This document shows positions 48,879-60,409 of a stretch of DNA of 63,678 nucleotides, piece after piece. This stretch comes from Elusimicrobiota bacterium (GTDB taxonomy: Bacteria > Elusimicrobiota > Elusimicrobia > UBA1565 > JACRDR01): NCBI GenBank assembly GCA_041694815.1, contig JBGFSC010000028.1:1-63678 (forward strand), given 5' to 3'. The notes beneath the pieces are model-generated. The model searched no databases and had not been told where the DNA came from. It saw nothing but the letters and a program-made list of their open reading frames with translations. Made by a program: the position numbers and the translations under genes. How positions within the stretch are numbered: position 1 is the stretch's first letter; the number at the start of each line of letters is the position of its first letter.

Positions 48879-50446
48879 CGACGGCAGCCTTTAGCCGCCT
48901 GCAGGTTGGGGATCGTGGCGTTTACGGCGATCTCCGCGTCCTGAAAAGCCTTTTTCGCGGCGGCGCTATCGCAGCCGCCCCTGGTGCAAGCCTGCCCTCG
49001 GTAGGCCAGCAAACGCCTCGACTCGAACAGAGCGGTTTCCAGCTCGGAACAGCTCATGGCATCATAGGACTTTTGCATCGCCTGAGCCGCGTCAGCATTT
49101 GTCGCCGCGGTCGCGCGGCACTGATGCGCCTCGAAAACCGCCTCATCCGACTTGCATGCCGGGCTGGAATTTAAAGTCAACTGAAGCTTGCAGCGCTCCT
49201 CGTTGAGCATCGCCTCCGCCTTGCCCTTGTACTCGTCGTAGCCCGATAAACCGCTGAGCACCGGCCAGGTGCCGACCCCGCCCCAGGCCCCGGCCATTTC
49301 CTTGAGAGCCTTATGGATCGAGGCGATCTGCCGCATCGAGGCCTCGACCTCCGATCGAGCCGCGGCCTGGCATTCGCTCGCGGACTTAGCCGAACTCGGG
49401 ATTATTTTTTTGCAATCCGGATACTTGTCGAGCGCCTTCTCACACCGATCCAGGACGCCTTCCTCCTTGCAGGCCGACAGCAAGTCCCCGTCCTTGGCCC
49501 AGCGGCGCGCGATGCCGTCGCAATAAGCGCTGGGCCGCCCGCACAGCTCGGCGTTGAGCAGGGCATAGCACGAAGGAACGCTGGCAGGCCTATTGCCGGC
49601 CCCGGTCCCCACCGCGGAGGCCTTCTGCGCGGCGGGCGGAGGCTGGAGCCCACCGTCGGAGGTACCCGTGACGATATGCTCCATTGGCCCCGAGCCGCCG
49701 CCGGCGAGCGCGCCGTCGGCGATGCTCTCGGGGCGGCCGGGCTGCTGCAGCGCCGAGGCCGCCGCTTCCCCGGTAAAACCGGAGCTTCCCTCCGGCTTGG
49801 CGGCCGTCGTGCCCGTGGCGTTCTTTTCCCGTAGGGACATCGAGCCCAAGCTCTCCTTGAAGGAGCGGCCGACATTGCGCGCCGAGCCGGGGGAGGCGGT
49901 CCAACTCCTGGCGGCCATAGCGGCGCGCTCCTGCCGCGTTTTTTCCTCGGACAGGAGTTCCTCGATCTCCGGTTTCTGGAGAAGCCCGCCGACCATCTGC
50001 CGGAAACCAGGCTCGGAAGCGAAATGGGACATCAGGCGGCGGAATTCCGGAAAGCCCCTCAGGCTCGAAAGGAAGGAGCGAGCATCCTTCCCGTCCCGGC
50101 CCGAGGCGGCCTTATGCTCCTCGTAGGCCTTCTGGAGCCTCGGCTCCCGCATGAAGGCCTTGGCGAATTTCTTGGCCACGGGCTTGGCGGCCTCCTCGCC
50201 TAAAAGCCCCATCAGATCGTCGAAGCTCAGCTTCGGCAGGCGGTCGCGCTTAGGCGCGGAAGCCATCGTCGGAGCCTCCGGAAAGGCCAGAAAGGAGCCG
50301 TCGAGACCCTCCTGCGGCGCCTGCCAGCGGGAAATCCATGGGATTAGCTCCAAGCCCACGGCAAAGCCCATCGCGCACAGCCCCCCGGCCCCGATGAGCA
50401 GCCATTTGGGGTCGAGGCCGGCCAGGCTTTTGGGCAATCGAATCAT
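48875..50446 (-). CDS. Hypothetical membrane-anchored protein with Cys-rich C-terminal half
   Basis: N-terminal TM, helical domain, Ala/Gly/Ser linker, many Cys; ATGA overlap with the upstream paralog. Confidence 0.7.
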   Translation of the reverse strand: MIRLPKSLAGLDPKWLLIGAGGLCAMGFAVGLELIPWISRWQAPQEGLDGSFLAFPEAPTMASAPKRDRLPKLSFDDLMGLLGEEAAKPVAKKFAKAFMREPRLQKAYEEHKAASGRDGKDARSFLSSLRGFPEFRRLMSHFASEPGFRQMVGGLLQKPEIEELLSEEKTRQERAAMAARSWTASPGSARNVGRSFKESLGSMSLREKNATGTTAAKPEGSSGFTGEAAASALQQPGRPESIADGALAGGGSGPMEHIVTGTSDGGLQPPPAAQKASAVGTGAGNRPASVPSCYALLNAELCGRPSAYCDGIARRWAKDGDLLSACKEEGVLDRCEKALDKYPDCKKIIPSSAKSASECQAAARSEVEASMRQIASIHKALKEMAGAWGGVGTWPVLSGLSGYDEYKGKAEAMLNEERCKLQLTLNSSPACKSDEAVFEAHQCRATAATNADAAQAMQKSYDAMSCSELETALFESRRLLAYRGQACTRGGCDSAAAKKAFQDAEIAVNATIPNLQAAKGCRR

Positions 50447-51363
50447 TGGCACCTAAACCTTCTTGACGCGATTGAGCGACACCATGCGTCGCTGCAGCAG
50501 ATCGATTCGCATTTATCCAAGAACCTCCCGCGCACGCACCCTTCGAAAAAGTCGCCGTACCTGATGAAAAATTCCTGCTCCCGCGGTTCAAAACGCCCGT
50601 AAATGGAACTCATACGATCCTTCGAGCCCGTCCCCTTCATCTCCGGGATCGACGCTTCGGCGAACACGCCCGCGCCTTGACGATAAACCCTCGACGCCCC
50701 GGCGGATGGCGCCTCGCCGCCCTCTTGCTGACCGATCATCTGGAGAACTCCCTCGGCCGCCGCCCGACCCCAAGCCGATTCGTCCTTGAGCGTAGGGGGA
50801 GCTGATGTCAATCCGGCAACGGAGCCCTGCCCCGCGCGGCGGCTGTTTTCCAGCAGCAACCGAGCGACGCGCGGCTTGGAGGCCGCAGCTACGGCCAAGC
50901 GGCGGAACTCGGGATCGGCGCCATGCCGGATTAACAACGCCTTGAATTCCGGGCTCCGACCGAGGGCCACGAAAAAGCCCCGAGCCGAATCCGGCTCGGG
51001 CCGCCGATAGGAATCGACCAAGATCTTGCGCAGTTCGGGCCGGCCCAGGAAATCCCTGATGAAACGTTTGGCCGCGGGATGACGGGACTCGCGGCCCATT
51101 CCGGCGAGCAATTCCCGAACGCTCAGCGGCTGGGCGCCGTCTTGCATCGAATCAGCCTTCATCTCGGATGTCGGGGGGGGCGCAGGCGCTCTAGGAGCTA
51201 CTTCGGGAAGAATCTGCGTCCCATGGAAATCCAATGTCCTGGATTTTCCGCGAAAACCACCTAAAATCAACGAAATGAACACAAGGAACAGGGCCAAAAA
51301 GACAAGCAAATACAGGCGCTTATCCATGAGAGGGGACGGCATGGCGGCTGGCCGGGGCGGCAT
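50443..51363 (-). CDS. Hypothetical membrane-anchored protein, paralog of the downstream gene
   Basis: N-terminal TM, shared helical domain; TTGACA-17-CATACT promoter at 51400-51372. Confidence 0.7.
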   Translation of the reverse strand: MPPRPAAMPSPLMDKRLYLLVFLALFLVFISLILGGFRGKSRTLDFHGTQILPEVAPRAPAPPPTSEMKADSMQDGAQPLSVRELLAGMGRESRHPAAKRFIRDFLGRPELRKILVDSYRRPEPDSARGFFVALGRSPEFKALLIRHGADPEFRRLAVAAASKPRVARLLLENSRRAGQGSVAGLTSAPPTLKDESAWGRAAAEGVLQMIGQQEGGEAPSAGASRVYRQGAGVFAEASIPEMKGTGSKDRMSSIYGRFEPREQEFFIRYGDFFEGCVRGRFLDKCESICCSDAWCRSIASRRFRCQ

Positions 51364-51371
51364 TTTTCCTT

Positions 51372-51442
51372 AGTATGAGCCCTTTCCTTTATATTGTCAA
51401 TGGTGCTTCGCCTTGACATCCCCGTCGAGAAAAAACTATCAT
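51372..51442. promoter_or_regulatory. Back-to-back sigma70 promoters (paralog pair on minus strand, rpsO-pnp on plus strand)
   Basis: Minus: TTGACA-17-CATACT; plus: TTGACA(51413)-18-TATCAT(51437). Confidence 0.7.
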
Positions 51443-51451
51443 TCTTCAAAT

Positions 51452-51709
51452 ATGATAACGAAAACAAAGAAAGCAGAGATCATTTCCAAGCACCGGGGAA
51501 ATCCCGGGCATCCCTCCGCCCAGATCGGCCTGCTCACCGAGCGCATCCGATTGGTCTCGGAGCATCTCAAGACGCATAAGAAGGATTACACCTCCCAGGT
51601 CGGCCTGCTCAAGATGGTCGGCCAGCGCCGACGGCTGCTGGGCTATCTCAAGCGCACGCAGCTCGACGAGTACAACAAAATCCTCAAGCAGCTCGACTTA
51701 AGGAAGTAG
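51452..51709 (+). CDS. rpsO: 30S ribosomal protein S15
   Basis: QIGLLTERI..HLKTHKKD..GLLKMVGQRRRLLGYL; precedes pnp. Confidence 0.96.
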   Translation: MITKTKKAEIISKHRGNPGHPSAQIGLLTERIRLVSEHLKTHKKDYTSQVGLLKMVGQRRRLLGYLKRTQLDEYNKILKQLDLRK

Positions 51710-51710
51710 C

Positions 51711-53918
<2,208 letters not shown>

Positions 53919-53923
53919 AGAAT

Positions 53924-54427
53924 ATGGCGCCCAAGCCAGGTAAGAACGGGAAAACGTATTCCGATTCGCCGCTCAAGAAGATACGGGAGATCTACCAGTT
54001 CATGGTGGATCAGAAGCTCGAGTCCCTCGAGTTCGACCATCAAGGGCTGCATATGCGCCTGGTGCGCCAACGCCCGGCGACGGTCCCGGTTCCGATGCCG
54101 GTGGCCGCCTTGACGGTTCCTTCCACGGCCGCGCCCGCGGCCGCTCCCGCCGCCGCCGCAGCCGGCCCCGGCGCGGCACTTGCCGGAGCGTTGACCGTAA
54201 AATCGCCCATGATGGGCATTTTCTACCGGGCCAGCTCTCCCTCGAGCCCGCCCTTCGTCAAGCGCGGCGACGCGGTCAAGCGGGGCCAGGTGCTCTGCCT
54301 CATCGAAGCCATGAAGGTATTCAACGAGATCAAGTCCGATTTCGACTGCGTCATCGAAGAGGTGCTGCTCGAAAACGGCAAGCCGGTCAAGGCGGGCCAG
54401 GATCTCTACATCGTCTCGAGAAAATGA
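53924..54427 (+). CDS. accB: Acetyl-CoA carboxylase biotin carboxyl carrier protein
   Basis: SPMMGIFY, IEAMKVFNEI biotinylation motif, Ala/Pro linker. Confidence 0.93.
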   Translation: MAPKPGKNGKTYSDSPLKKIREIYQFMVDQKLESLEFDHQGLHMRLVRQRPATVPVPMPVAALTVPSTAAPAAAPAAAAAGPGAALAGALTVKSPMMGIFYRASSPSSPPFVKRGDAVKRGQVLCLIEAMKVFNEIKSDFDCVIEEVLLENGKPVKAGQDLYIVSRK

Positions 54428-54702
54428 ACAACGCCGAATTCTCCGCCCATATCGCCAGGCTCGCCCACCAGGTGCAGGAGGCCCTCGAGCACGGGGGGCC
54501 GTTCACGGCCTGGGAGCTCAAATTACGGCTGAAGGTTTCGCAGTCCCATCTATGCATGGCCTTGGGCGCCCTGATGCGCAGCGGCGCCGTCCACCTCACC
54601 CCGGACCAAATGACCTACAAGGTGGAGCCCGCGCGCCGCGACCCTCCGCCCGTACCTCCCTCCCCGCCCCTGGCCGAGGCCGATGCCGCACTCCAAGGCT
54701 AG
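54424..54702 (+). CDS. Small winged-helix protein (DUF2582-like)
   Basis: ELKLRLKVSQSHLCMALGALMRSGAV pattern; ATGA overlap. Confidence 0.55.
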   Translation: MNNAEFSAHIARLAHQVQEALEHGGPFTAWELKLRLKVSQSHLCMALGALMRSGAVHLTPDQMTYKVEPARRDPPPVPPSPPLAEADAALQG

Positions 54703-56887
54703 AAGCCAGCGGAAAAAATCGGACTCCGTACTGATGGGCGCCACGCTTTGGGTGGCGCTTTTTTTCGGCGCCCTCTACCTCATCTGGGCCCTGCTCCTGC
54801 CCTCTTCCGCCGGCGCCATCGGCCGTTGGGTCGCGACGGTCTTGTTCACGACCCTCGGAGGCGCCGCCTACCTAACGGCCCCGCTTATCCTTTATGGCCT
54901 CTTCCTATACTTTAAGACCCAGAAAGCCTCCGGATACCTGGGCTGGGCGGTGGGTTCGCTTTCCTTGCTGTCCGCCTCGGCCGCGCTGCTGGCCGCCTTA
55001 GGCGCGGCCTTGAGCCGCCCGCAATGGGGCGGCGCCGTCGGCGGCAAGCTTTATAGCTGGGCCGAGGCTTCCATCGGCGTCTCCGGGGCGTGGCTTGCCG
55101 CCGCCGCCTTCGGCGCGCTGGGCTTGCAACTGCTCTTTGAGATTTCCTGGAGCTACTTGGCCAAGAGCGCGTGGCAATGGCTGCGCGAGGATTGGCGCGA
55201 TTGGCGTAACGCCAAGCGCGAGTTGGCACAGCAATTGCGTTCCGCCGCCGAGCAACGAGCGGCTGCCGCCGAACTTCCCCGTCTTGCGCCTCCCCCGGAG
55301 CCGACCGCGACCAAGCCAGAACCCACGCGCGTTCCTGAATTGATCGAGCCGGCATCCTCTCCCCGCGGCGAGAAACCTCCGCGAGCCAGCCGGCCTGGCA
55401 CCGCTGCCAGCTCCTTTACGCTTCCCTCCGTCCAATTGCTCAAGGGCAAGCGCGCCGACGCTCAGGGCGGCCGGCCCAGCGAGGCCGAGATACTCTCGGC
55501 CGTCTCGAATCTCGAGGCGACCCTCGCCAATTTCCAGATCCAGGCCCGGGTAAGCGGCTATAGTCCGGGGCCGGTGATCACGCGCTACGAGGTCTCTCCC
55601 GCCCCCGGCGTCACGGTCAGCTCCATCGTCGCCCGCTCCAACGACATCGCCCTCGCCATGAAGGCCCGCGGCATCCGCATGATCGCCCCGATCCCCGGCA
55701 AAGCCGCCATCGGCATCGAGATCCCCAATCAACGCCCCGCTTCCGTGACCCTGCGAGAGGTGCTCGAGAGCGACGCCCTATCCCCATACGCCTCCCCTCT
55801 GGCCTTCGGCCTGGGGCTGAGCTCCGACGGTACCCCCTTGGCCGCGGACCTGCAGGCGATGCCGCACCTCTTGGTCGCCGGCGCGACCAACAGCGGAAAG
55901 AGCGTGATGGTGCATTCCCTCATCGGCTCGATCCTGCTCCGCGCGCGCCCCGACGAGGTCAAGTTCCTGCTCATCGACCCCAAGCGCATCGAACTGAGCT
56001 TCTACGAGGGCATCCCGCATCTCTACGACCCCAAGACGCCCTGCGAGCAGGTGGGGGTGATTACCCACTCCAAGGAAGCGGCGCGTTCGCTCAAGGCCCT
56101 CGTGACCGTGATGGAGAAGCGCTACGAGAAGTTCCAAAATTACCGCGTCCGCGACATCGAGGGCTACAACCGCGAAGCCCTCAAACGCTCCGAGCCCACG
56201 GAATTCTACATCGTGGTGGTCATCGACGAATTGGCCGACCTGATGGTGATCGCCCGCGACGTGGTCGAGGACTCGATCCAGCGCCTGGCCCAGATGGCCC
56301 GCGCTGTCGGCATCCACCTGGTCCTGGCGACCCAGCGGCCCTCGGTCGACGTCATTACCGGCGTGATCAAGGCGAACCTGCCGTCGCGCATCGCGCTGCG
56401 GGTGGCCTCCAAGATAGACTCCAAGGTGATCTTGGACATCAACGGCGCCGAGTCTCTGCTCGGCAAGGGCGACCTACTTTACATGATTCCCGGACAGGAA
56501 CCGATCCGGGTTCAAGGGGCCTTCGTCTCGGCGGAGGAGATCGCGCGCGTCGTCGACCATCTGCGCGCGCAGGGCAAGCCCGAATACGCCCCGCTGGAAA
56601 CCATGTCGGCCGTCGGCGAGGCCGACCTGAGCGATTTCGGCGTCGAGCCCCTGGAGTTCACCCAGGCCTTGAAACTCGTGCTGGAGCGGCGACGCGTCAG
56701 CCAGGATCTTCTCAAATCCCAGTTCGGCTCCTCGGCCCGCGCCACGAACCTGCTAAGCCTCCTGGAGGTCAAAGGGTTCATCCACAAGCCCGAGGGCTCC
56801 AACCGCTGGGAAATCCACTTCGACCAGATCGAAGACCACCTGCGCACCCACTACCCCCAGGTCCGCCTAGACAAACCCGGCATCTAA
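54683..56887 (+). CDS. ftsK: DNA translocase FtsK
   Basis: 4 TM, GPVITRYE, PHLLVAGATNSGKS, IDELADLM, ATQRPSVDVITG. Confidence 0.96.
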   Translation: MPHSKARSQRKKSDSVLMGATLWVALFFGALYLIWALLLPSSAGAIGRWVATVLFTTLGGAAYLTAPLILYGLFLYFKTQKASGYLGWAVGSLSLLSASAALLAALGAALSRPQWGGAVGGKLYSWAEASIGVSGAWLAAAAFGALGLQLLFEISWSYLAKSAWQWLREDWRDWRNAKRELAQQLRSAAEQRAAAAELPRLAPPPEPTATKPEPTRVPELIEPASSPRGEKPPRASRPGTAASSFTLPSVQLLKGKRADAQGGRPSEAEILSAVSNLEATLANFQIQARVSGYSPGPVITRYEVSPAPGVTVSSIVARSNDIALAMKARGIRMIAPIPGKAAIGIEIPNQRPASVTLREVLESDALSPYASPLAFGLGLSSDGTPLAADLQAMPHLLVAGATNSGKSVMVHSLIGSILLRARPDEVKFLLIDPKRIELSFYEGIPHLYDPKTPCEQVGVITHSKEAARSLKALVTVMEKRYEKFQNYRVRDIEGYNREALKRSEPTEFYIVVVIDELADLMVIARDVVEDSIQRLAQMARAVGIHLVLATQRPSVDVITGVIKANLPSRIALRVASKIDSKVILDINGAESLLGKGDLLYMIPGQEPIRVQGAFVSAEEIARVVDHLRAQGKPEYAPLETMSAVGEADLSDFGVEPLEFTQALKLVLERRRVSQDLLKSQFGSSARATNLLSLLEVKGFIHKPEGSNRWEIHFDQIEDHLRTHYPQVRLDKPGI

Positions 56888-56888
56888 C

Positions 56889-56980
56889 GGTGCCAGGCAT
56901 CCACTTTCTACACTTTCTTGAAATTCTCCCTCATGGTCAGGAGAAAGTTGAGAAAGTGAAGAAAGTGGATGCCTGGCACC
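56889..56980. repeat. Palindromic intergenic repeat, copy 5, between convergent ftsK and PIG-L operon
   Basis: GGTGCCAGGCATCCACTTTCT...AGAAAGTGGATGCCTGGCACC. Confidence 0.95.
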
Positions 56981-56998
56981 TAGTTGGACACCTGGTTT

Positions 56999-57649
56999 TT
57001 AGTCGAGGCGGAAGCGGATGATCTCTAGACCCTCGGCATAGTCCACCCCGGCGACCTCGCCTTGCTCGCGGGCGATGCGGCGGAATACGTCCGTCTCGAG
57101 GCCGCGGCATTGGAACTGGCTGGGGTGGGCGTTGATGGCCGCGATTTTCCTCTCGATGGTCTGCGAGATGTCGACGTAGGCGTCCGGGTCAAAGCGCGCC
57201 GGGATCCTCCGGCAGCTCGTCGGGCAGTAGCACAGGAAGTCGAAATAGGACAGACGCAGGCTCTCGAGGCAGGCCTCGTGCACGAGCCGGTGGTCGAGGT
57301 GAAAATCGGAATAACCGTGCGCGAGCAGCAGCGAGGGCTCGCATTCGGAGATGAGCCTATCGAGCTTCTCGCGTAGATCCTCGCCGCGGATGTCCTCGAC
57401 CCGCCGGCAGGAGTCGGAAAACAGCGCCTTGAATTGCCCACCCAAGATCGACGCGGAGTTCTCCGCCTCCTCCAGGCGGCGTTCGAGCTCGTTGGGAACA
57501 CAAACGGTCACCAGTACCAGCTTGGCGCCTAGCTCCTGCAGCCGAGCCACCGTCCCGCCGATCCCCAGCTCGATGTCGTCGGGATGCGCTCCTACGGCGA
57601 GGACGGTTCGGCCCCGATAGCGTTCCAGCGCGGGTCCGGGGGTCTTCAT
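56999..57649 (-). CDS. PIG-L/LmbE family deacetylase (paralog 3)
   Basis: GAHPDDIE, FHLDH, YVDIS..K..AINAHPSQ. Confidence 0.9.
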   Translation of the reverse strand: MKTPGPALERYRGRTVLAVGAHPDDIELGIGGTVARLQELGAKLVLVTVCVPNELERRLEEAENSASILGGQFKALFSDSCRRVEDIRGEDLREKLDRLISECEPSLLLAHGYSDFHLDHRLVHEACLESLRLSYFDFLCYCPTSCRRIPARFDPDAYVDISQTIERKIAAINAHPSQFQCRGLETDVFRRIAREQGEVAGVDYAEGLEIIRFRLD

Positions 57650-58293
57650 GACATGATGAGCCGGCCGACCTCGAGCCCTTCCGCGTATTCCACCCCAGCC
57701 AGGCGACCGTAATGCCGCGCGGTGTCTCGGTAATGGTCCGTGCTTAGGCCCTTGCAGGTGAACTGGGTGGTATGCGCGTCTATCGCCTGCATTTTCTCGT
57801 CGATGGTCTTGCTAATGTCGACGTAGACCTGAGGGAAGAAGCTGACCTGCACCGGATGGCAGCTCGTCGGATAGAAACAGAGCATGTCGTGGAAGCTGAT
57901 CCGAGCCGTGGCCAGGCAGGCGGAATGCGCCAGGACATGGTCCTTGTGGAAGTTGGTCGCGGCATGGGCGAGCATCAGGGCCGGCTGCAACTGCCGGACC
58001 AGTTCGTCGAGCCTCGAGACCAGGTCGTAGGTCTTGATATCCTCGACCCGGCGGCAATCGTCCGGGAACATCACGCGCAGCTCGCCTCCCAATATCTCGG
58101 CCGAGCGCCGCGCGTGATCGATCCTGGCCTCCAGATGGTCGGGAACGCAGAGCACCACCATCACGACGCGCGCCCCGACGAGCTTGAGTCGCGCCAGCAA
58201 GCCCCCTGCCCCTATCTCTAGATCGTCCGGATGCGCGCCCACGGCCAGCACCGTCTGCCCCGCGTATTTCGCCACGATATCCGTTCGGGTCAT
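57646..58293 (-). CDS. PIG-L/LmbE family deacetylase (paralog 2)
   Basis: GAHPDDLE, FHKDH, YVDIS..AIDAHTTQ. Confidence 0.9.
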   Translation of the reverse strand: MTRTDIVAKYAGQTVLAVGAHPDDLEIGAGGLLARLKLVGARVVMVVLCVPDHLEARIDHARRSAEILGGELRVMFPDDCRRVEDIKTYDLVSRLDELVRQLQPALMLAHAATNFHKDHVLAHSACLATARISFHDMLCFYPTSCHPVQVSFFPQVYVDISKTIDEKMQAIDAHTTQFTCKGLSTDHYRDTARHYGRLAGVEYAEGLEVGRLIMS

Positions 58294-58301
58294 AGCGCCT
58301 C

Positions 58302-58949
58302 CTAAGTCAACATCAACCGCATCACTTCCAAGCCCTCAGCGTAGCGAACCCCGGCCAGGCGTCCCAGGAACATCGCCTCCTGCACATAACCGTCCGTAGC
58401 GATCCCGCGGCAGCGGAATTGGCTCGCGTGCGCCTCCAGCGCCTTCATCTTCGTCTCCATGGTCTCGGTGATGTCGATGAAGGCTTGGGACACGAAGGGC
58501 ACCTCCACGGGATGGCAGCTGAGGGGGCTATAGCATAGGAAGTCATGGAAGCCCACGCGCTGCGTGGCCACCGAGGCGTTATATACCAGCCCGTGGTCCT
58601 TATGGAGATTGCGCGGGCCGTGCGAGATCAGCGCCGCGGGCTCGAGCTCCGCGACCAAGCGGTCGAGCGCCGAGACGAGCTCGTAGGTCTTGATGTCCTC
58701 GACCCGCCGCGGGCGCTCGCAGAAGAGCAGCCTCAGCTCGCAACCCAGTATCTCGGCGGCGTGCTTGGCTTCCTCGGTGCGCCGCTCGAACTGGCTGGGG
58801 ATGGTCGCGACGGCCATCACGACGCGGGCCCCGCAACGGCGTAATCTAGCGAGGCTGCCGCCGATGCCCGCTTCCAGGTCGTCTGGATGCGCTCCGATCG
58901 CCAGGATCGTCCTCCCCGAGTAACGCGACGCCAATCGATCTTCATTCAT
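58302..58949 (-). CDS. PIG-L/LmbE family deacetylase (paralog 1)
   Basis: GAHPDDLE, LHKDH, FIDIT..ALEAHASQ. Confidence 0.9.
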   Translation of the reverse strand: MNEDRLASRYSGRTILAIGAHPDDLEAGIGGSLARLRRCGARVVMAVATIPSQFERRTEEAKHAAEILGCELRLLFCERPRRVEDIKTYELVSALDRLVAELEPAALISHGPRNLHKDHGLVYNASVATQRVGFHDFLCYSPLSCHPVEVPFVSQAFIDITETMETKMKALEAHASQFRCRGIATDGYVQEAMFLGRLAGVRYAEGLEVMRLMLT

Positions 58950-59625
58950 GCCCGTTCTTTCTCCGTTTTACGGACTCCTTCCACTTGGGGGCACGGTAGA
59001 GGTACAGGGTGAAATCATTGGGCAGGTACTGATGGTTGAGGCGGACGGCCGGAGTCAACGACCTCGCGAGCTCCAGCATGCGGGCGGGCTCGACGTAGGC
59101 GCGCCCTTCGGTCCGCTTGGGCGACCATTGGCTCAAGAAGTTGACGGCCAGTCCCTCGGTACACCAAGAAAAGAGGCGTTCCAGGGTGGGGGCGATGCGC
59201 TCGTGGACGTTCTGGGACTCGAGGCCGAAAAGCCCGCTGGCGACCACGTACTCGTAGGGTTCGGGGGGATGGTGCTCGAGCGCGTCCCCAAGCTCGAAAT
59301 GGCAGTTGAGCTCCGGGCGGACGGCGAAGCGGGACCTGCAGCAGGAAATCATCTCCTCGCATAGGTCGATGCCGCTGTAGTAGGGGCGCACTCCCTTCTG
59401 GCGGAGGAACTCCAGGAAGTCGCCGAAGCCGCAGCCCACGTCGAAGAGGCGCCGCTGATGGAAGGCCCCGAGCTCGCAGAGCGCCTCGAAGCGCTTGAGC
59501 TGCGATTGGCGGTGGTTGTAGCCGATCCCGCGGTGGTTGGGGCCGAAGCGCTTGAAGCGCTCCGCGTACCACCGGCTGATCCAAGGCCTATCCTGCGTGA
59601 TCGACCGGTAGGCGGTGGGCGCCAT
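58942..59625 (-). CDS. Class I SAM-dependent methyltransferase
   Basis: SQLKRFEAL, DVGCGFGD, YSGID, VVASGLF. Confidence 0.88.
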   Translation of the reverse strand: MAPTAYRSITQDRPWISRWYAERFKRFGPNHRGIGYNHRQSQLKRFEALCELGAFHQRRLFDVGCGFGDFLEFLRQKGVRPYYSGIDLCEEMISCCRSRFAVRPELNCHFELGDALEHHPPEPYEYVVASGLFGLESQNVHERIAPTLERLFSWCTEGLAVNFLSQWSPKRTEGRAYVEPARMLELARSLTPAVRLNHQYLPNDFTLYLYRAPKWKESVKRRKNGHE

Positions 59626-60325
59626 GGCGCTCTCCTCTAAGCACGGCTCCGCTCTCGGGCCCGCAATGGAACAACAGGTCGACTACCGACAAGCAGGTCT
59701 CCGCCGGGTGGCTGCCCAGCGGCCGGTACTGCGGGGGCGTAAAGCGCTGCCACTCGACCCGAATCCCGGCGCGGGCGAACTCCGAGACATTCAAATACCC
59801 CTTCGAGCCCCCCATCCCGGCTAAATAGACGTCGGCCCCGACCCTCCGGCAAAGGCTCAAGACCAGCTCCGATTTCTTGCCCGACGGCTTTAGGGCCGAG
59901 CTGCGCAGCAAGGGGGTGCGGATCTCGAGGGCCTCGAGACAGAACCCCAGCAGGGTGAGATTTAAGTCCACCAGGCGCCGCCAGGAGCTCCCGAAGATCT
60001 CGCGCAGCCTCCCCGCGTAACGCTTGAAGTAAGGGGCGCGCCCGTAGGCATGCTCGAGCGTCTTATAAACCTTCTCGCCCCAGCTGAGCTTGCCGTCGAG
60101 CTCATTATGGATCGCCTTCTCGAGGATGGTCTCGTCGCGGCTGTTCTGCACCACGGGCACCGTCATCCACATCGGCATGTCGCCCATGAGAATTCGGGTG
60201 CGATTCTGGAAGTTCTGCCTCTCGAATTGGACATGGTCTAGGAGCACGAAGCGTTCGGCTTGGCGTATCCGGTCGAAGAAACCGAGCCAAGGAAGGAAGT
60301 TGGGTTGATGCGCCGCGAGTATCAT
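59588..60325 (-). CDS. WbqC-family protein
   Basis: AHQPNFLPWLGFF, FQNRTRI, YLAGMGGSKGYL, LSVVDLLF; SD GAGGTG. Confidence 0.9.
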   Translation of the reverse strand: MILAAHQPNFLPWLGFFDRIRQAERFVLLDHVQFERQNFQNRTRILMGDMPMWMTVPVVQNSRDETILEKAIHNELDGKLSWGEKVYKTLEHAYGRAPYFKRYAGRLREIFGSSWRRLVDLNLTLLGFCLEALEIRTPLLRSSALKPSGKKSELVLSLCRRVGADVYLAGMGGSKGYLNVSEFARAGIRVEWQRFTPPQYRPLGSHPAETCLSVVDLLFHCGPESGAVLRGERHGAHRLPVDHAG

Positions 60326-60409
60326 AGGTCGCTCACCTCTTCGCGGCCAGTATACCGGAGCCACGGTTTCCGCTACATATTGGGCTTGTAAGATGCTCCT
60401 ATCCGAATT

